Source: Vicinamibacterales bacterium (GTDB taxonomy: Bacteria; Acidobacteriota; Vicinamibacteria; Vicinamibacterales; JAMQPK01). Taken from it: a stretch of DNA of 64,000 bases. Positions 1 through 9,077 of the stretch are shown one piece after another. The notes beneath the pieces are model-generated. The model made no database searches, was not told the origin of the DNA, and saw only the letters and a program-made list of their open reading frames with translations. The stretch lies in assembly GCA_963761975.1 (NCBI GenBank), contig CAVXIR010000002.1, positions 1,477,912 to 1,541,911 on the forward strand, in the 5' to 3' direction. Made by a program: the position numbers and the translations under genes. Within the stretch, counting starts at the first letter, position 1. Each line of letters begins with the position of its first letter.

Positions 1-2
1 CG

Positions 3-659
3 ATGCAGATCGGCGTCTTCAACAAGGAAGGCAAGTCCGTTTTCGCCGAGCGGCCCGATGTCGATCTCAATCTTCGACCCGAGAGCCACACACGCGTCTC
101 CCAGAACGGCGTGCGCATCCTGCGTCACCTGTCGCTCGCGCCGGGACGTTATCAGCTGCGTGTCGCCGCGCAGGACAGCGCGAAGGTCAAGCAGGGCAGC
201 GCGATTCTCGACATCGAGGTCCCCGACTTTACGAAGGAGCCGGTGGCGATCAGCAGCATCGCGCTGGCGTCAACCGCCGATCGGTCGGTGTACTCGCCGC
301 CCAAGCCTGGCTTCGATCCGTTCAACGGCCTGCTTCCCGGTGCGCCATCGGCGCTGCGAGAGTTCCCGGCCACTGGCGAAATCGCGACGGCCTTCGAGGT
401 GTACATCAACAAACCGACGCCTGTGCATCACTTCGACGTCACGACCACGGTCAAGGCAGATGACGGACGCGTCGTGTTCAACCACAGCGCCGAGCGCTCC
501 ACCGACGAACTGCACGGCACGCCAGGTGGCTTCGGGTTCTCCACACGCATTCCGATGCAGGACTGGACGCCCGGTTTGTATGTGCTCGAGATCGAGGCGA
601 AGTCCCGTCTCAAGGACGTCGCACCCGCGTCGCGGCTGATTCAGTTCGAGGTGAGATAG
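3..659 (+). CDS. hypothetical protein, 3' part only (gene begins left of the window)
   Basis: Frame is open from the window edge to TAG at 657-659. Composition is protein-like. It loosely resembles C-terminal regions of acidobacterial VWA-type proteins, but no diagnostic motif was seen. Confidence 0.5.
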   Translation: MQIGVFNKEGKSVFAERPDVDLNLRPESHTRVSQNGVRILRHLSLAPGRYQLRVAAQDSAKVKQGSAILDIEVPDFTKEPVAISSIALASTADRSVYSPPKPGFDPFNGLLPGAPSALREFPATGEIATAFEVYINKPTPVHHFDVTTTVKADDGRVVFNHSAERSTDELHGTPGGFGFSTRIPMQDWTPGLYVLEIEAKSRLKDVAPASRLIQFEVR

Positions 660-1099
660 TGCGCGTCTCAGGTCTCAGCGCTCTCTGGCTGTTCTCTGTG
701 TTCTCTGTGTCCTTGGTCATGGCTCAGACTCCAGCGTTCTCGACCGTGGCGAAGGGAGACATGAGCGATCAGCAGACCGCGAGGCAGGTGACCGTCCGTA
801 CGGCCGCCGAGTGGAAGATGTTCTGGAAGGAGCACGCGCCGACGGCGAAGATGCCCGCGGTCGACTTCGGCAAAGACATGGTCGTCGGCATTTTCCTGGG
901 AAGCAAGCCGAGCGCCGGCCACGACGTGGAAATTATCGGTGTGCGGATGGAAGAGAAGGACCTGGTTGTCGAGTACGTCCAGAAGCAGCCTGGCCGCGGC
1001 ACGCTGGCCGCTCAAGTCCTGACCGAACCCTACCATCTTGTCACCGTGCCGAAACTCGCCGGCACCGTAAGGTTCGTCCACGTGCCCGATAAAAAGTGA
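659..1099 (+). CDS. PrcB-like (protease complex subunit PrcB C-terminal domain) secreted protein
   Basis: GTG start overlaps the upstream stop. N-terminal hydrophobic signal-like segment. Motifs WKMFWKEH ... VDFGKDMVVGIFLGSKPSAGHDVEI are typical of PrcB_C-type proteins. Confidence 0.6.
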   Translation: MRVSGLSALWLFSVFSVSLVMAQTPAFSTVAKGDMSDQQTARQVTVRTAAEWKMFWKEHAPTAKMPAVDFGKDMVVGIFLGSKPSAGHDVEIIGVRMEEKDLVVEYVQKQPGRGTLAAQVLTEPYHLVTVPKLAGTVRFVHVPDKK

Positions 1100-1100
1100 T

Positions 1101-1175
1101 CTGTCAGGGCAGATGGCAGACGGCAGATGGCACATGACGCCTTTGCCCTCTGACATCATCCATCTGCCATGGCAG
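1101..1175. repeat. Inverted/tandem GGCAGAT-type repeat block between convergent genes
   Basis: ggcagatggcagacggcagatgg (left) is complementary to ccatctgcc (right). gtcagggca pairs with tgccctctgac. Lies between the 3' ends of 659-1099(+) and 1182-1646(-). Confidence 0.6.
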
Positions 1176-1181
1176 CGTTAG

Positions 1182-1646
1182 TTACGTATTGGGCCCTGCC
1201 TTAATCGCCTTCTGCTGCACCGGTTTGACGACGCCGTTGTTGTGCTCGAATTTGTACTGCGGCTTCGTCATACCCGCGACTTTCGGCGAGCGCAGCACGA
1301 TGGTTGCCACGTCGAGCGGCTGGAGCGGCGTCTTCAGGCGTTGTCGATCGCCCGTGCCCTGAATCGGCTGGCTCTCCTTGTCGTACCAGAACTCGGTGAT
1401 TTGGAGTCCGACAATCGCGTTGGTCGCCGACAGGTTCTTCACCTGGAAGGTCGTCACGATCGTGGTGCCTTCGAGCTTTGCCGACTGAATGTAGCCAAGC
1501 TCTGCGGTTCCCTTAAGGGGCGGCGCCGACTTCTTCAGCATCGAGGTCGACGGGGCCGGTGCCGGCGCCTGGGCTTGTACGGGCATCGAGACGGGGGCCG
1601 CAAGGGCAGCCGCGACCGCGATGGCAATTGCATATCGCACACGCAT
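1182..1646 (-). CDS. secreted hypothetical protein
   Basis: ATG at 1646 is preceded by AAGGAG. The signal peptide MRVRYAIAIAVAAALAAPVSMPVQAQA is followed by a beta-rich sequence. Confidence 0.6.
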   Translation of the reverse strand: MRVRYAIAIAVAAALAAPVSMPVQAQAPAPAPSTSMLKKSAPPLKGTAELGYIQSAKLEGTTIVTTFQVKNLSATNAIVGLQITEFWYDKESQPIQGTGDRQRLKTPLQPLDVATIVLRSPKVAGMTKPQYKFEHNNGVVKPVQQKAIKAGPNT

Positions 1647-1700
1647 CTTCAACTCCTTGGAAAACTGGTGGATCTCGGGCGGCATTATACCGATTCTTGC

Positions 1701-1828
1701 GGTTCTTGGTTCCGGGTTCTGCGGTTCTGGTTCAGGTGCTGGGTTCTGGGTTCTGAACCCGGAACCAGGAACCCGGAACCCGGAACCCGGAACCAGAACC
1801 TAGAACCCAGCACCCAGAACCTAGAACC
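1701..1828. repeat. Strand-switching short-tandem-repeat block (GGTTCYG units followed by GAACCNG units)
   Basis: 1701-1755 is G/T-rich heptamer-like repeats. 1756-1828 is the complementary C/A-rich version. For example ggtgctgggttct (1734-1746) pairs with agaacccagcacc (1802-1814). Confidence 0.8.
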
Positions 1829-1834
1829 GCCGGT

Positions 1835-2293
1835 TCACATCTCCCCGTTCCAATCCTCAGGCTCCGGATTGATCGACCGGATGATTTCCAGGTGCCACTT
1901 GCCGCCGCCCCAGGGCTCGATGACCTCGGTGGCCACCACGTCCACGAGGATTTCCGCGAACGTGCGCCCCTCCGGGTCCCCTTCCAGGTGGTAGGCCGGT
2001 TCGTCCCATCCGAAGTTCGGGTAGAGCACGATAGTGAGGAACAGGTCATAGCCATCGTCCACGACGATGAGTTGACCGCAGGGACGCTTGGTCGTGGAGT
2101 GGTAGATGAGGTACTTTTCGGCGCTGTGCGCGCGGATATAACGCTTCAGCGCGAACTCGCGCGCGACGATTTCCTCGATCGCGATCTTCTTGTCCCAACA
2201 GTCGCGGCAGTAGCGCTCGTCGCCGCGAGGCTCCGAGACGTCTTTCGCACCGCACAACGCGCAGCGCGTCTTAGCCGTGGACTTTCGGGGCAC
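1835..2293 (-). CDS. hypothetical protein with N-terminal CxxC...CxxC zinc-ribbon-like motif
   Basis: 152-aa ORF overlapping the glgP stop by 23 nt. Contains CALCG...CRDCW. No family recognised. Confidence 0.55.
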   Translation of the reverse strand: MPRKSTAKTRCALCGAKDVSEPRGDERYCRDCWDKKIAIEEIVAREFALKRYIRAHSAEKYLIYHSTTKRPCGQLIVVDDGYDLFLTIVLYPNFGWDEPAYHLEGDPEGRTFAEILVDVVATEVIEPWGGGKWHLEIIRSINPEPEDWNGEM

Positions 2294-4427
2294 CGGAATC
2301 CTTCGCCTGTTGCGCGGCAGGCACGTACATTTCCTCCACGTATTGTTTCAACATGCGCGCCGCGCAGAACCGCGGTGTCACTGTGCGGATACATTCCTTC
2401 ACGATCTGCAGCCACGCGTGCGGGATACCCTGCTGATCGCGCTGATAGTAGGTGGGAACCACCTGTTCCTCGAGCAGGCGATACAGCGCATCGGCGTCGG
2501 CCGCGTCCTGTGCTTCGGGATCTTCCATGCCTTTCCCGCCGTCGATGACCCATCCGTTCGAACCGTTGTAGCCTTCCGCCCACCATCCGTCGCCGATGCT
2601 CAGGTGCGGCACGCCGTTGATGCCTGCCTTCATGCCGCTCGTCCCGCTTGCCTCGAGCGGTTTGCGCGGCGTGTTGAGCCACACGTCGCAGCCCTGCGAG
2701 AGGAAGTGAGCGACGTGCATGTCGTAGTCGTCCACGAATGCGATGCGGCCTCCGTAAATGGGATCGACGGCATGGCGGTAAATCTGCTGCAGATGTCGCT
2801 TCCCGCCGTCATCAGCGGGATGGGCCTTGCCCGCAAACACGACCTGAACATGCCGGCGGCTGGACGACAGCAGGCGGATGAGCCGCTCAGGATCTCGGAA
2901 GATCAGCTCGGGCCGCTTGTAGGCCGTGAACCGGCGCGCAAAGCCGATTGTGAGCGCGCCGGGATCGAGGAGCGGGCCGGCTGCCACAACCGCTGCGGCG
3001 CTGACGTTCTCCTGTGCCCATCGATCGCGCGCGCGCTGCCGGATGAACGTGAACAGGAAGCGCTTCAGCGAGGTGCGCGCGTTCCACAATTCCTGATTCG
3101 GAATCTCGAGTACACGATTCCAGAAGTCGGGATCGTCCTGGCGATCGCGCCAATCCGTGCCGAGGTAACCCTCGAACAATTGCGCGATTTCGAGCGACAG
3201 CCACGTCGGCACGTGGACGCCGTTGGTGATCGACGTCAGCGGACGCTGTCCGTTCCGTTCGCGCTCCTGAAGCAGCGGCTCCCACATCGTTCGCGTCACT
3301 TCGCCATGCAGGCGGCTCACGCCATTGGCGAAGTCGGATGTGCGCAACGCGAGCGCGGTCATGTTGAACTGGCCGTGATACTCGCCGAGTGCGAGGAATT
3401 TTCCGCGATGCTCGGTCAGCGAACCCCACGCGCCCTGCAGGTGATGCTCGACACGATCGAAGGCGAACGCATCGTGGCCTGCGGCGACCGGCGTATGGGT
3501 CGTGAAGATGGTTGCCCGCCGCACCGCCGCCAACGCATCGTCGAAGCTCATGCCCTCGGCAATGAGCTCGTAAATGCGCTGCAGGACGACGAATGCCGCG
3601 TGGCCTTCGTTCAGATGCCACACGGCCGGGGCGATGCCCAGCGCACGAAGCGCGCGAACGCCGCCAATGCCGAGAACGATCTCCTGCTGCAGACGCGTCT
3701 CGCGGTCGCCGCCGTAGAGGCGCGCGGACAAGTCGCGATCCTGTGGCGCGTTCTCCTCGAGGCCGGTGTCGAGCAAGAACAAGTTCACCCGCCCCGCCGA
3801 CACTTTCCAGACGTTGGTCAACACCGCGCGATCGCCAAGCGGCACCGCGACGACGCACGGCGAACCATCGGGCTTGTACGCTTGTTCGATTGCCACGTCT
3901 GGCCAGTTGAGCCGTTCGTACACCTCGAGCTGCCAGCCCTCGGGCGATACCGTTTGGTGGAAGTACCCTTGCGGGTACATGAAGCCCACGCCGACGAGAG
4001 GGATGCCGAGGTCGCTCGATTCCTTGCAATGGTCCCCGGCGAGCACGCCGAGACCGCCTGCATAGATCGGCAGCGACTGGTGAATGGCGAACTCAGCAGA
4101 GAAGTAGGCGATGGGCGTGTTCTGGAGTTCCGGGAACCGCCGCGCCATCCAGGTGTTCTTCGCCGCGTAGGCGGCGTCGAGACCTTCGACGGCACTGTCG
4201 TAGGTTTTCAGGAACTCCGCGTCCCGTGCCATGTGCTCGAGCCGCTCGCGCGTGACGAGCCACAACATCCTGACCGGGTTGTGGGCCGTGCTGCGCCAGA
4301 GCTGGTAGTCGAGATCGCGAAAGACCTTACGGGGAACGTATTGCCAGCTCCACCAAAGGTTAGCCGCAAGCTCGTCGAGCCGATTGATGCGGTCGGGTAT
4401 GGGCGAAAGGCCAGCATAGCGAGTCAT
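2271..4427 (-). CDS. glgP: alpha-glucan phosphorylase (GT35 family)
   Basis: 718 aa. Motifs GGLGVLAGDH, FTTHTPVAAGHD and the PLP-lysine motif EASGTSGMKAGINGV. The long antisense ORF 2277-4484 is a GC shadow. Confidence 0.95.
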   Translation of the reverse strand: MTRYAGLSPIPDRINRLDELAANLWWSWQYVPRKVFRDLDYQLWRSTAHNPVRMLWLVTRERLEHMARDAEFLKTYDSAVEGLDAAYAAKNTWMARRFPELQNTPIAYFSAEFAIHQSLPIYAGGLGVLAGDHCKESSDLGIPLVGVGFMYPQGYFHQTVSPEGWQLEVYERLNWPDVAIEQAYKPDGSPCVVAVPLGDRAVLTNVWKVSAGRVNLFLLDTGLEENAPQDRDLSARLYGGDRETRLQQEIVLGIGGVRALRALGIAPAVWHLNEGHAAFVVLQRIYELIAEGMSFDDALAAVRRATIFTTHTPVAAGHDAFAFDRVEHHLQGAWGSLTEHRGKFLALGEYHGQFNMTALALRTSDFANGVSRLHGEVTRTMWEPLLQERERNGQRPLTSITNGVHVPTWLSLEIAQLFEGYLGTDWRDRQDDPDFWNRVLEIPNQELWNARTSLKRFLFTFIRQRARDRWAQENVSAAAVVAAGPLLDPGALTIGFARRFTAYKRPELIFRDPERLIRLLSSSRRHVQVVFAGKAHPADDGGKRHLQQIYRHAVDPIYGGRIAFVDDYDMHVAHFLSQGCDVWLNTPRKPLEASGTSGMKAGINGVPHLSIGDGWWAEGYNGSNGWVIDGGKGMEDPEAQDAADADALYRLLEEQVVPTYYQRDQQGIPHAWLQIVKECIRTVTPRFCAARMLKQYVEEMYVPAAQQAKDSGAPKVHG

Positions 4428-5704
4428 CGAGCCATCGATGGTAGTCGGCCTCGTTCGGTCGCGTCAATAAAGCTGCGCCGATAGCGCCTTAATGCGGGTG
4501 TACGCGCGGCGATCCATGCCGTCGCTAGCAGGCATCCGAGCCCGCCCGTGACGACGGAGGCCCGCGGGCCGAACAATTGTCCGACCGCGCCGGCTTCGAA
4601 CTCGCCGAACTGCGGCCCCCCTTGCACGAAGACCATATTGATGCCGACCATGCGGCCGCGCAGGTGGTCGGGCGTGCCCAGCTGCCGGATCACGTTGCGA
4701 AGAACCATGCTCACGGTGTCGGCCGCTCCCGTGACGGCCAGACACAGGAAGGTCAGCCAGAACGAACGCGAGAGCCCAAACATGATCGTGGCCAATCCGT
4801 ACACACACACCGCCCAGATCAGCACGACGCCCCTCCGTTCGATTCGCTCGATCGAGCGAACCATCACGAAGCTCATCAGGACAGCGCCCACGGAAGGCGC
4901 AGCGTAGAGCCATCCATATCCTCGTGCCCCCACGCGGAGAACGTCCTGCGCGAAGATCGGGAGCAGCGCCGTCGCCGACGAGAAGAACGTCGCGAAGAAA
5001 TCGAGCAGCATGGTCGAGCGGATGATCGGGGAGGAGAACACGAATCCCAGGCCCTCGCGAACCGCGCGCACGCTGATGTCGCTGACCTCGCCGGCGCTGC
5101 GCGCCGGCACGTTGCGCATCATCAGCAGCGACAGGATGACGCACACGAAGGTGGCCGCGTTGACCGCGTACACCCACTTGATGCCGAGCGTCGCAATGAC
5201 GATGCCGCCCACTGCGGGGCCGGCCACGGACGCGACTTGCAGCATGATCGCGTTCAGGCTGATCGCGTTGGCGAGGTGGTCGCGCGGGACGAGCATCGGC
5301 ATCAACGACTGCCGTGCGGGGCTGTCGAACGCGTTCGCCGCGGCGCTGACCGCCGCAAGTGCGTAGATGGGCCACGGATGATCGAGTCCTTGATGCGTCA
5401 GGAACGCGAGCACGAAGGCGGTGACGCACATCGTTGACTGCGTGTAGAACATCACGCGGCGGCGATCGGAGGCATCAGCCACCGTGCCGCCGGCAATCGC
5501 GAAGAACACGATCGGCATCAGTCTGACGAGGCCCACCATGCCGAGCGCAATCGGCCGATGCTCGGGCTGCACGAGCAGCGCGACATGCCACAGGATGGCC
5601 GCCGTCTGCATGTTCGAACCCGAAAACGAGATCAACTGGCCTGTCCACAACAGGCGGAAGTTGCGATGCTGAAGCGCGATGAAGGGTGACGGGACGGCGG
5701 TCAC
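4424..5704 (-). CDS. MFS transporter (EntS/MFS_3-like)
   Basis: Twelve-TM-like hydrophobic pattern with FRLLWTGQLISFSG at the N-terminus. GTG at 5704 is preferred over ATG at 5833, which would overlap pntA. The stop overlaps the glgP ATG (ATGA). Confidence 0.85.
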   Translation of the reverse strand: MTAVPSPFIALQHRNFRLLWTGQLISFSGSNMQTAAILWHVALLVQPEHRPIALGMVGLVRLMPIVFFAIAGGTVADASDRRRVMFYTQSTMCVTAFVLAFLTHQGLDHPWPIYALAAVSAAANAFDSPARQSLMPMLVPRDHLANAISLNAIMLQVASVAGPAVGGIVIATLGIKWVYAVNAATFVCVILSLLMMRNVPARSAGEVSDISVRAVREGLGFVFSSPIIRSTMLLDFFATFFSSATALLPIFAQDVLRVGARGYGWLYAAPSVGAVLMSFVMVRSIERIERRGVVLIWAVCVYGLATIMFGLSRSFWLTFLCLAVTGAADTVSMVLRNVIRQLGTPDHLRGRMVGINMVFVQGGPQFGEFEAGAVGQLFGPRASVVTGGLGCLLATAWIAARTPALRRYRRSFIDATERGRLPSMAR

Positions 5705-5731
5705 AGACGGGCCAATTTTATGATGTAAGAT

Positions 5732-6049
5732 TTGCGCCGTATGCAGTTCGATTTTATCGACGGGTTGTTCGTGCTGATGCTGGCGACGTTCATAGGCCTC
5801 GACGTCATCCGCCGCGTTTCGCGTCTGCTGCACACACCACTGATGTCGCTGACCAATGCCATCTCGGCCATCGCGGTCGTCGGCGCGATCCTCCTGGCGG
5901 GCGAACAGGAGTCGCAGCTGAGCACAGTACTCGGCGCGATCGCCGTCTTCGCATCGACGACGAACATCGTCAGCGGCTTTCTGATTACCGACCGCATGCT
6001 GAAAATGTTTAAGAAGCGCCCGTCGGCAGGCCCGGGGCAGGCGAGCTGA
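5732..6049 (+). CDS. pntA: NAD(P) transhydrogenase alpha subunit, small membrane part (PntA part 2)
   Basis: 105 aa with three TM segments and motif LHTPLMSLTNAISAIAVVGA. Sits immediately upstream of pntB with a TGATG overlap. Confidence 0.9.
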   Translation: MRRMQFDFIDGLFVLMLATFIGLDVIRRVSRLLHTPLMSLTNAISAIAVVGAILLAGEQESQLSTVLGAIAVFASTTNIVSGFLITDRMLKMFKKRPSAGPGQAS

Positions 6050-7438
6050 TGATCGATCAGCTGATACAGCTGGTCTATCTCGTCGCGACCGCGCTGTTCA
6101 TTCTATCTCTTAAGTGGATGAGCGATCCATCCACTGCGCGCCGGGGTGTGTTTGCCGGCGTGGGCGGGATGGCGCTTGCCATCATCGGCACACTGCTGCA
6201 CCCGCTGATCATCGGGTACAGCTGGATCGCCATTCCGCTCGTCCTCGGGGCGCTTGCCGGCATTCCGCTTTCATGGGTCCCACTCACAGCGGTACCGCAG
6301 CGAACCGCGCTGTCTCATGCATTCGGCGGCCTTGCGGCCGGTCTCGTTGGTACGGCGAAGTGACTACCTGTGGGCCGAGCACGATCAGCTGACGACGTAT
6401 CGCATGGGCGCCATCGCGCTCGAAGTGATACTCGGCTACCTGACCTGCACCGGCAGCTTGATTGCGGCAGGGAAGCTCCAGGAAGTGGTACCGACGCGGC
6501 CGATCACGTATCGCGGCCAGAACGTCATCAACTTCGGGCTGCTCGGCGCCGCTTTCGTCATCGCCCTTCTGCTGATGATCGATCCGACTCGCACGTATCT
6601 GTTTCCAGCGCTCATCCTGCTCGCGCTGGCCTTCGGTGTGCTCCTGGTGCTGCCCATCGGCGGTGCTGACATGCCGACGGTGATCTCCTTGCTGAATTCC
6701 TACGCCGGCCTGGCTGCGGTGGCGATGGGCTTCGTCATGGAGAACAAGCTGCTCATCACCGCCGGGGCGCTCGACGGTGCATCGGGTCTGATCCTGTCGA
6801 TTGTGATGTGCAGAGCGATGAACCGCTCGTTTACGAACGTGCTGTTTGGCGCGTTTGGCCAGGTGAAGGCCGGCGCCGGACAGATTGAGCAGCGCACCGC
6901 GAAGAGCGCGACGGCTGAAGACGCTGCGCAGCTGCTCGAGAACGCCTCGAGCGTGGTCATTGTTCCTGGTTACGGCATGGCCGTGTCGCAGGCGCAGCAT
7001 CGCGTTCATGATCTCTACGAACAGCTCGCCAAGCGCGGCATCGACGTGAAGTTCGCGATCCATCCCGTCGCCGGCCGGATGCCGGGGCATATGAACGTGC
7101 TGCTGGCAGAGGCGGAGATTCCGTACGACCGTCTCGTCGAAATGGACGACATCAACCCGGAGATGCCGAGAGCCGATGTGGCGCTGGTGATCGGCGCCAA
7201 CGACGTCGTCAACCCCGCCGCGCGACTCGACAAGAACAGCCCGATCTTCGGCATGCCCATCATCGATGCCGACAAGGCCAGGGTTGTGCTTGCGATCAAG
7301 CGCTCGATGAATCCCGGGTTTGCGGGAATCGAGAACGAGCTCTATTTTGCCGACAACACCCTCATGCTCTTCGGTGATGCGAAGGGCGTTATTGGTGAGG
7401 TTGTCAAGAATCTAAGCGGTCAGAGCGGGACTCACTAG
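6049..7438 (+). pseudogene. pntB: NAD(P) transhydrogenase beta subunit interrupted by a 1-nt frameshift at about 6361
   Basis: The N-terminal 104 aa (6049-6363) end ...GLVGTAK*. PntB homology continues in the next frame from 6362 (DYLWAEHDQL...) to 7438, including GANDVVNPAA. Confidence 0.85.
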
Positions 7439-8163
7439 GGATTAGGGATTAGCAGTCGCGGCTTCGCGTTTTTGCGGTGAGATAGCGCAAACCGCGGCAA
7501 GGGCTCGGCCGCGTAAAGCCAGCGCGTATTGCCGATGGCCGAGATAATTGCCGTGACCAGCAGTCCGATGGCGCCGACGATCCCGCCCACAGCGAACAAC
7601 AACATCTGCACGCCAAACACCGTGACAACGGGCTTGACCGACAGCATGACCGCGCCGATCGCGAGCAGAATGCGCAGTTCGGTCGGCCCCAGACCCCAGA
7701 ACGACATCTGGAATCGGCCGACACAGTACGTCGCGAGGTATATTTCTATCGAGAGAATGTAATAGGCGATCAGGAAAGCGGCCCCGACAATCGGCGTCAT
7801 GTCGCCTGAGATCGCCAGTCCGCCGATGACAAACAGCGCGCCGAACGTGTCCAGGATGTGGTCGACGTAGAAGCCGTACCGCGGTCGTTGATGGCCGCGC
7901 ACGCGCGCCAGCGTCCCGTCGAGGCTGTCGCCGAGCCAATTGAGTACCAGAAAAAACACGACTCCCCACAGAGCCGCAGGTACCTCGCGCTAGATTGCAA
8001 AACAGACCCCGACGTAGAACATCGAGACCAGCCCAAGCCCGGTGAGATGGTCGGAATTGATGCGCGCCGGAAGACGCCCGGCCATCCAGATCAAGACGCG
8101 GCGTTCGATGCCGGTCAGCAGTCCCCTGGAGTTGCGTTGCGCCTCGAAAAATCCGTTTGCCAT
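7435..8163 (-). pseudogene. CDP-alcohol phosphatidyltransferase family gene with an in-frame TAG at 7990-7992
   Basis: ATG at 8163 opens 57 codons (MANGFFEAQRNS...MFYVGVCFAI), then TAG. The same frame then continues REVPAALWGVVFFLVLNWLGDSLDGTLARVR... (DG..AR..G...D...D motif). Confidence 0.75.
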
Positions 8164-8206
8164 TCGGCCTCCTGGTTAGAAATGCGACAAAAGGAGGCCG
8201 AAAGGG

Positions 8207-8410
8207 TCATGCGCGCGATCGTTTTCGCGGCACCTTGGCGCCCGCCCGGCGGGCCTCGGACAGGCCGATCGCAATCGCTTGCTTCCGGCTGGTCACCTTC
8301 TTCCCAGAACTGCCGCTGCGGAGCGTCCCGCGTTTGCGCTCGCGCATCACCTTTTCGACCTTCTCAGATGCCTTCCTCCCGTACTTCCGACCGCCGCGTT
8401 TCTTCGCCAT
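8207..8410 (-). CDS. small basic protein (resembles DUF6496 family)
   Basis: ATG at 8410 is preceded by GGGAGG. Sequence MAKKRGGRKYGRKASEKVEKVMRERKRGTLRSGSSGKKVTSRKQAIAIGLSEARRAGAKVP. Confidence 0.55.
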   Translation of the reverse strand: MAKKRGGRKYGRKASEKVEKVMRERKRGTLRSGSSGKKVTSRKQAIAIGLSEARRAGAKVPRKRSRA

Positions 8411-8562
8411 GAAGCCTCCCATGTCCGCTATCTGGGCATGTTGTCCGAGTACGCTTCCACGCCAGCTTCTGATAACGGGCAGATTCAATACCTTCAGCAC
8501 GAAGCAAGGAAGAGGCCGGGAACTTGCAAGAGTGAGCACGACCTTTTTATGGAGGCACTCAA

Positions 8563-9077
8563 TGGCTGACGAGAAGAGTAGCGGGCAAGTGACGCGGGCT
8601 CAGTTGGTCGATTTGCTGAACGAGGATCTCGCCAGGGAATACCAGGCGATCATCGCGTATGTCGTCTATTCGCAGGTGATCAAGGGCGCCGAATTCATGA
8701 CAATCGCGAAGGAGCTCGAGAAACACGCGGGCGAAGAGTTGAAACACGCACTGACGGTTTCCAAGCTGATCGATTACCTCGGCGGAACGCCGACCGTGAC
8801 AACCAAGCCGGTCAAGACGTCCGAAAACGCCGAGGAGATGCTGAGGTTCGACCTCGACAACGAAAACGACACGATCAGGAATTATCGCGAGCGCGTGAGG
8901 CAATGCGAGGCGCTGGGCGAGTACGCCATGGCCGAGCATCTTCGCGAGATTCTGAAGCAGGAACAGGAACATCAAATCGATCTGGCGACGGCGCTGGGCG
9001 AAGATGCCCCCGACGTGTCAAAGATGAAAGGTCGGGACGAGGGGCAGCAGGAAAAGGGGCACGCGAGGCTTCATTGA
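8563..9077 (+). CDS. ferritin-like domain protein (bacterioferritin/Dps-like four-helix bundle)
   Basis: ATG at 8563 follows GGAGG at 8551-8555. Contains EYQAIIAYVVYS, EELKHA and QEQEHQ di-iron-type E/H motifs. The upstream extension in the ORF track is not protein-like. Confidence 0.8.

Noticed and set aside
1701-1828. Short-repeat blocks (also 10342-10454, 55150-55200 and 58233-58336) considered as CRISPR arrays.
   Set aside because: The units are 7-9 bp and contiguous, with no unique spacers of 25-40 bp. No cas genes are present in the window.
2277-4484. 735-aa ORF on the plus strand antisense to glgP. Similar long antisense or extended ORFs occur at 11003-12010, 14338-15627, 52908-53732, 59430-60050, the 10394 extension of the PLD gene and the 56421-57932 extension of the TPR gene.
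   Set aside because: They are Arg/Ala/Gly/Pro-rich with no motifs, and each mirrors or extends a gene with clear family signatures. This is the usual stop-codon-poor shadow frame in ~65% GC DNA.
6358-6366. Programmed +1 frameshift at AAG-UGA-C in pntB, by analogy with prfB.
   Set aside because: The P-site Lys codon cannot re-pair in the +1 frame and there is no upstream SD-like stimulator. A mutation or base-call error is the simpler explanation, so it is reported as a lesion instead.
7436-7452. tagggattagggattagc, a telomere-like TTAGGGA x2 at the pntB / phosphatidyltransferase junction.
   Set aside because: There are only two copies, and they overlap two convergent stop codons. Nothing suggests a function beyond chance or slippage.
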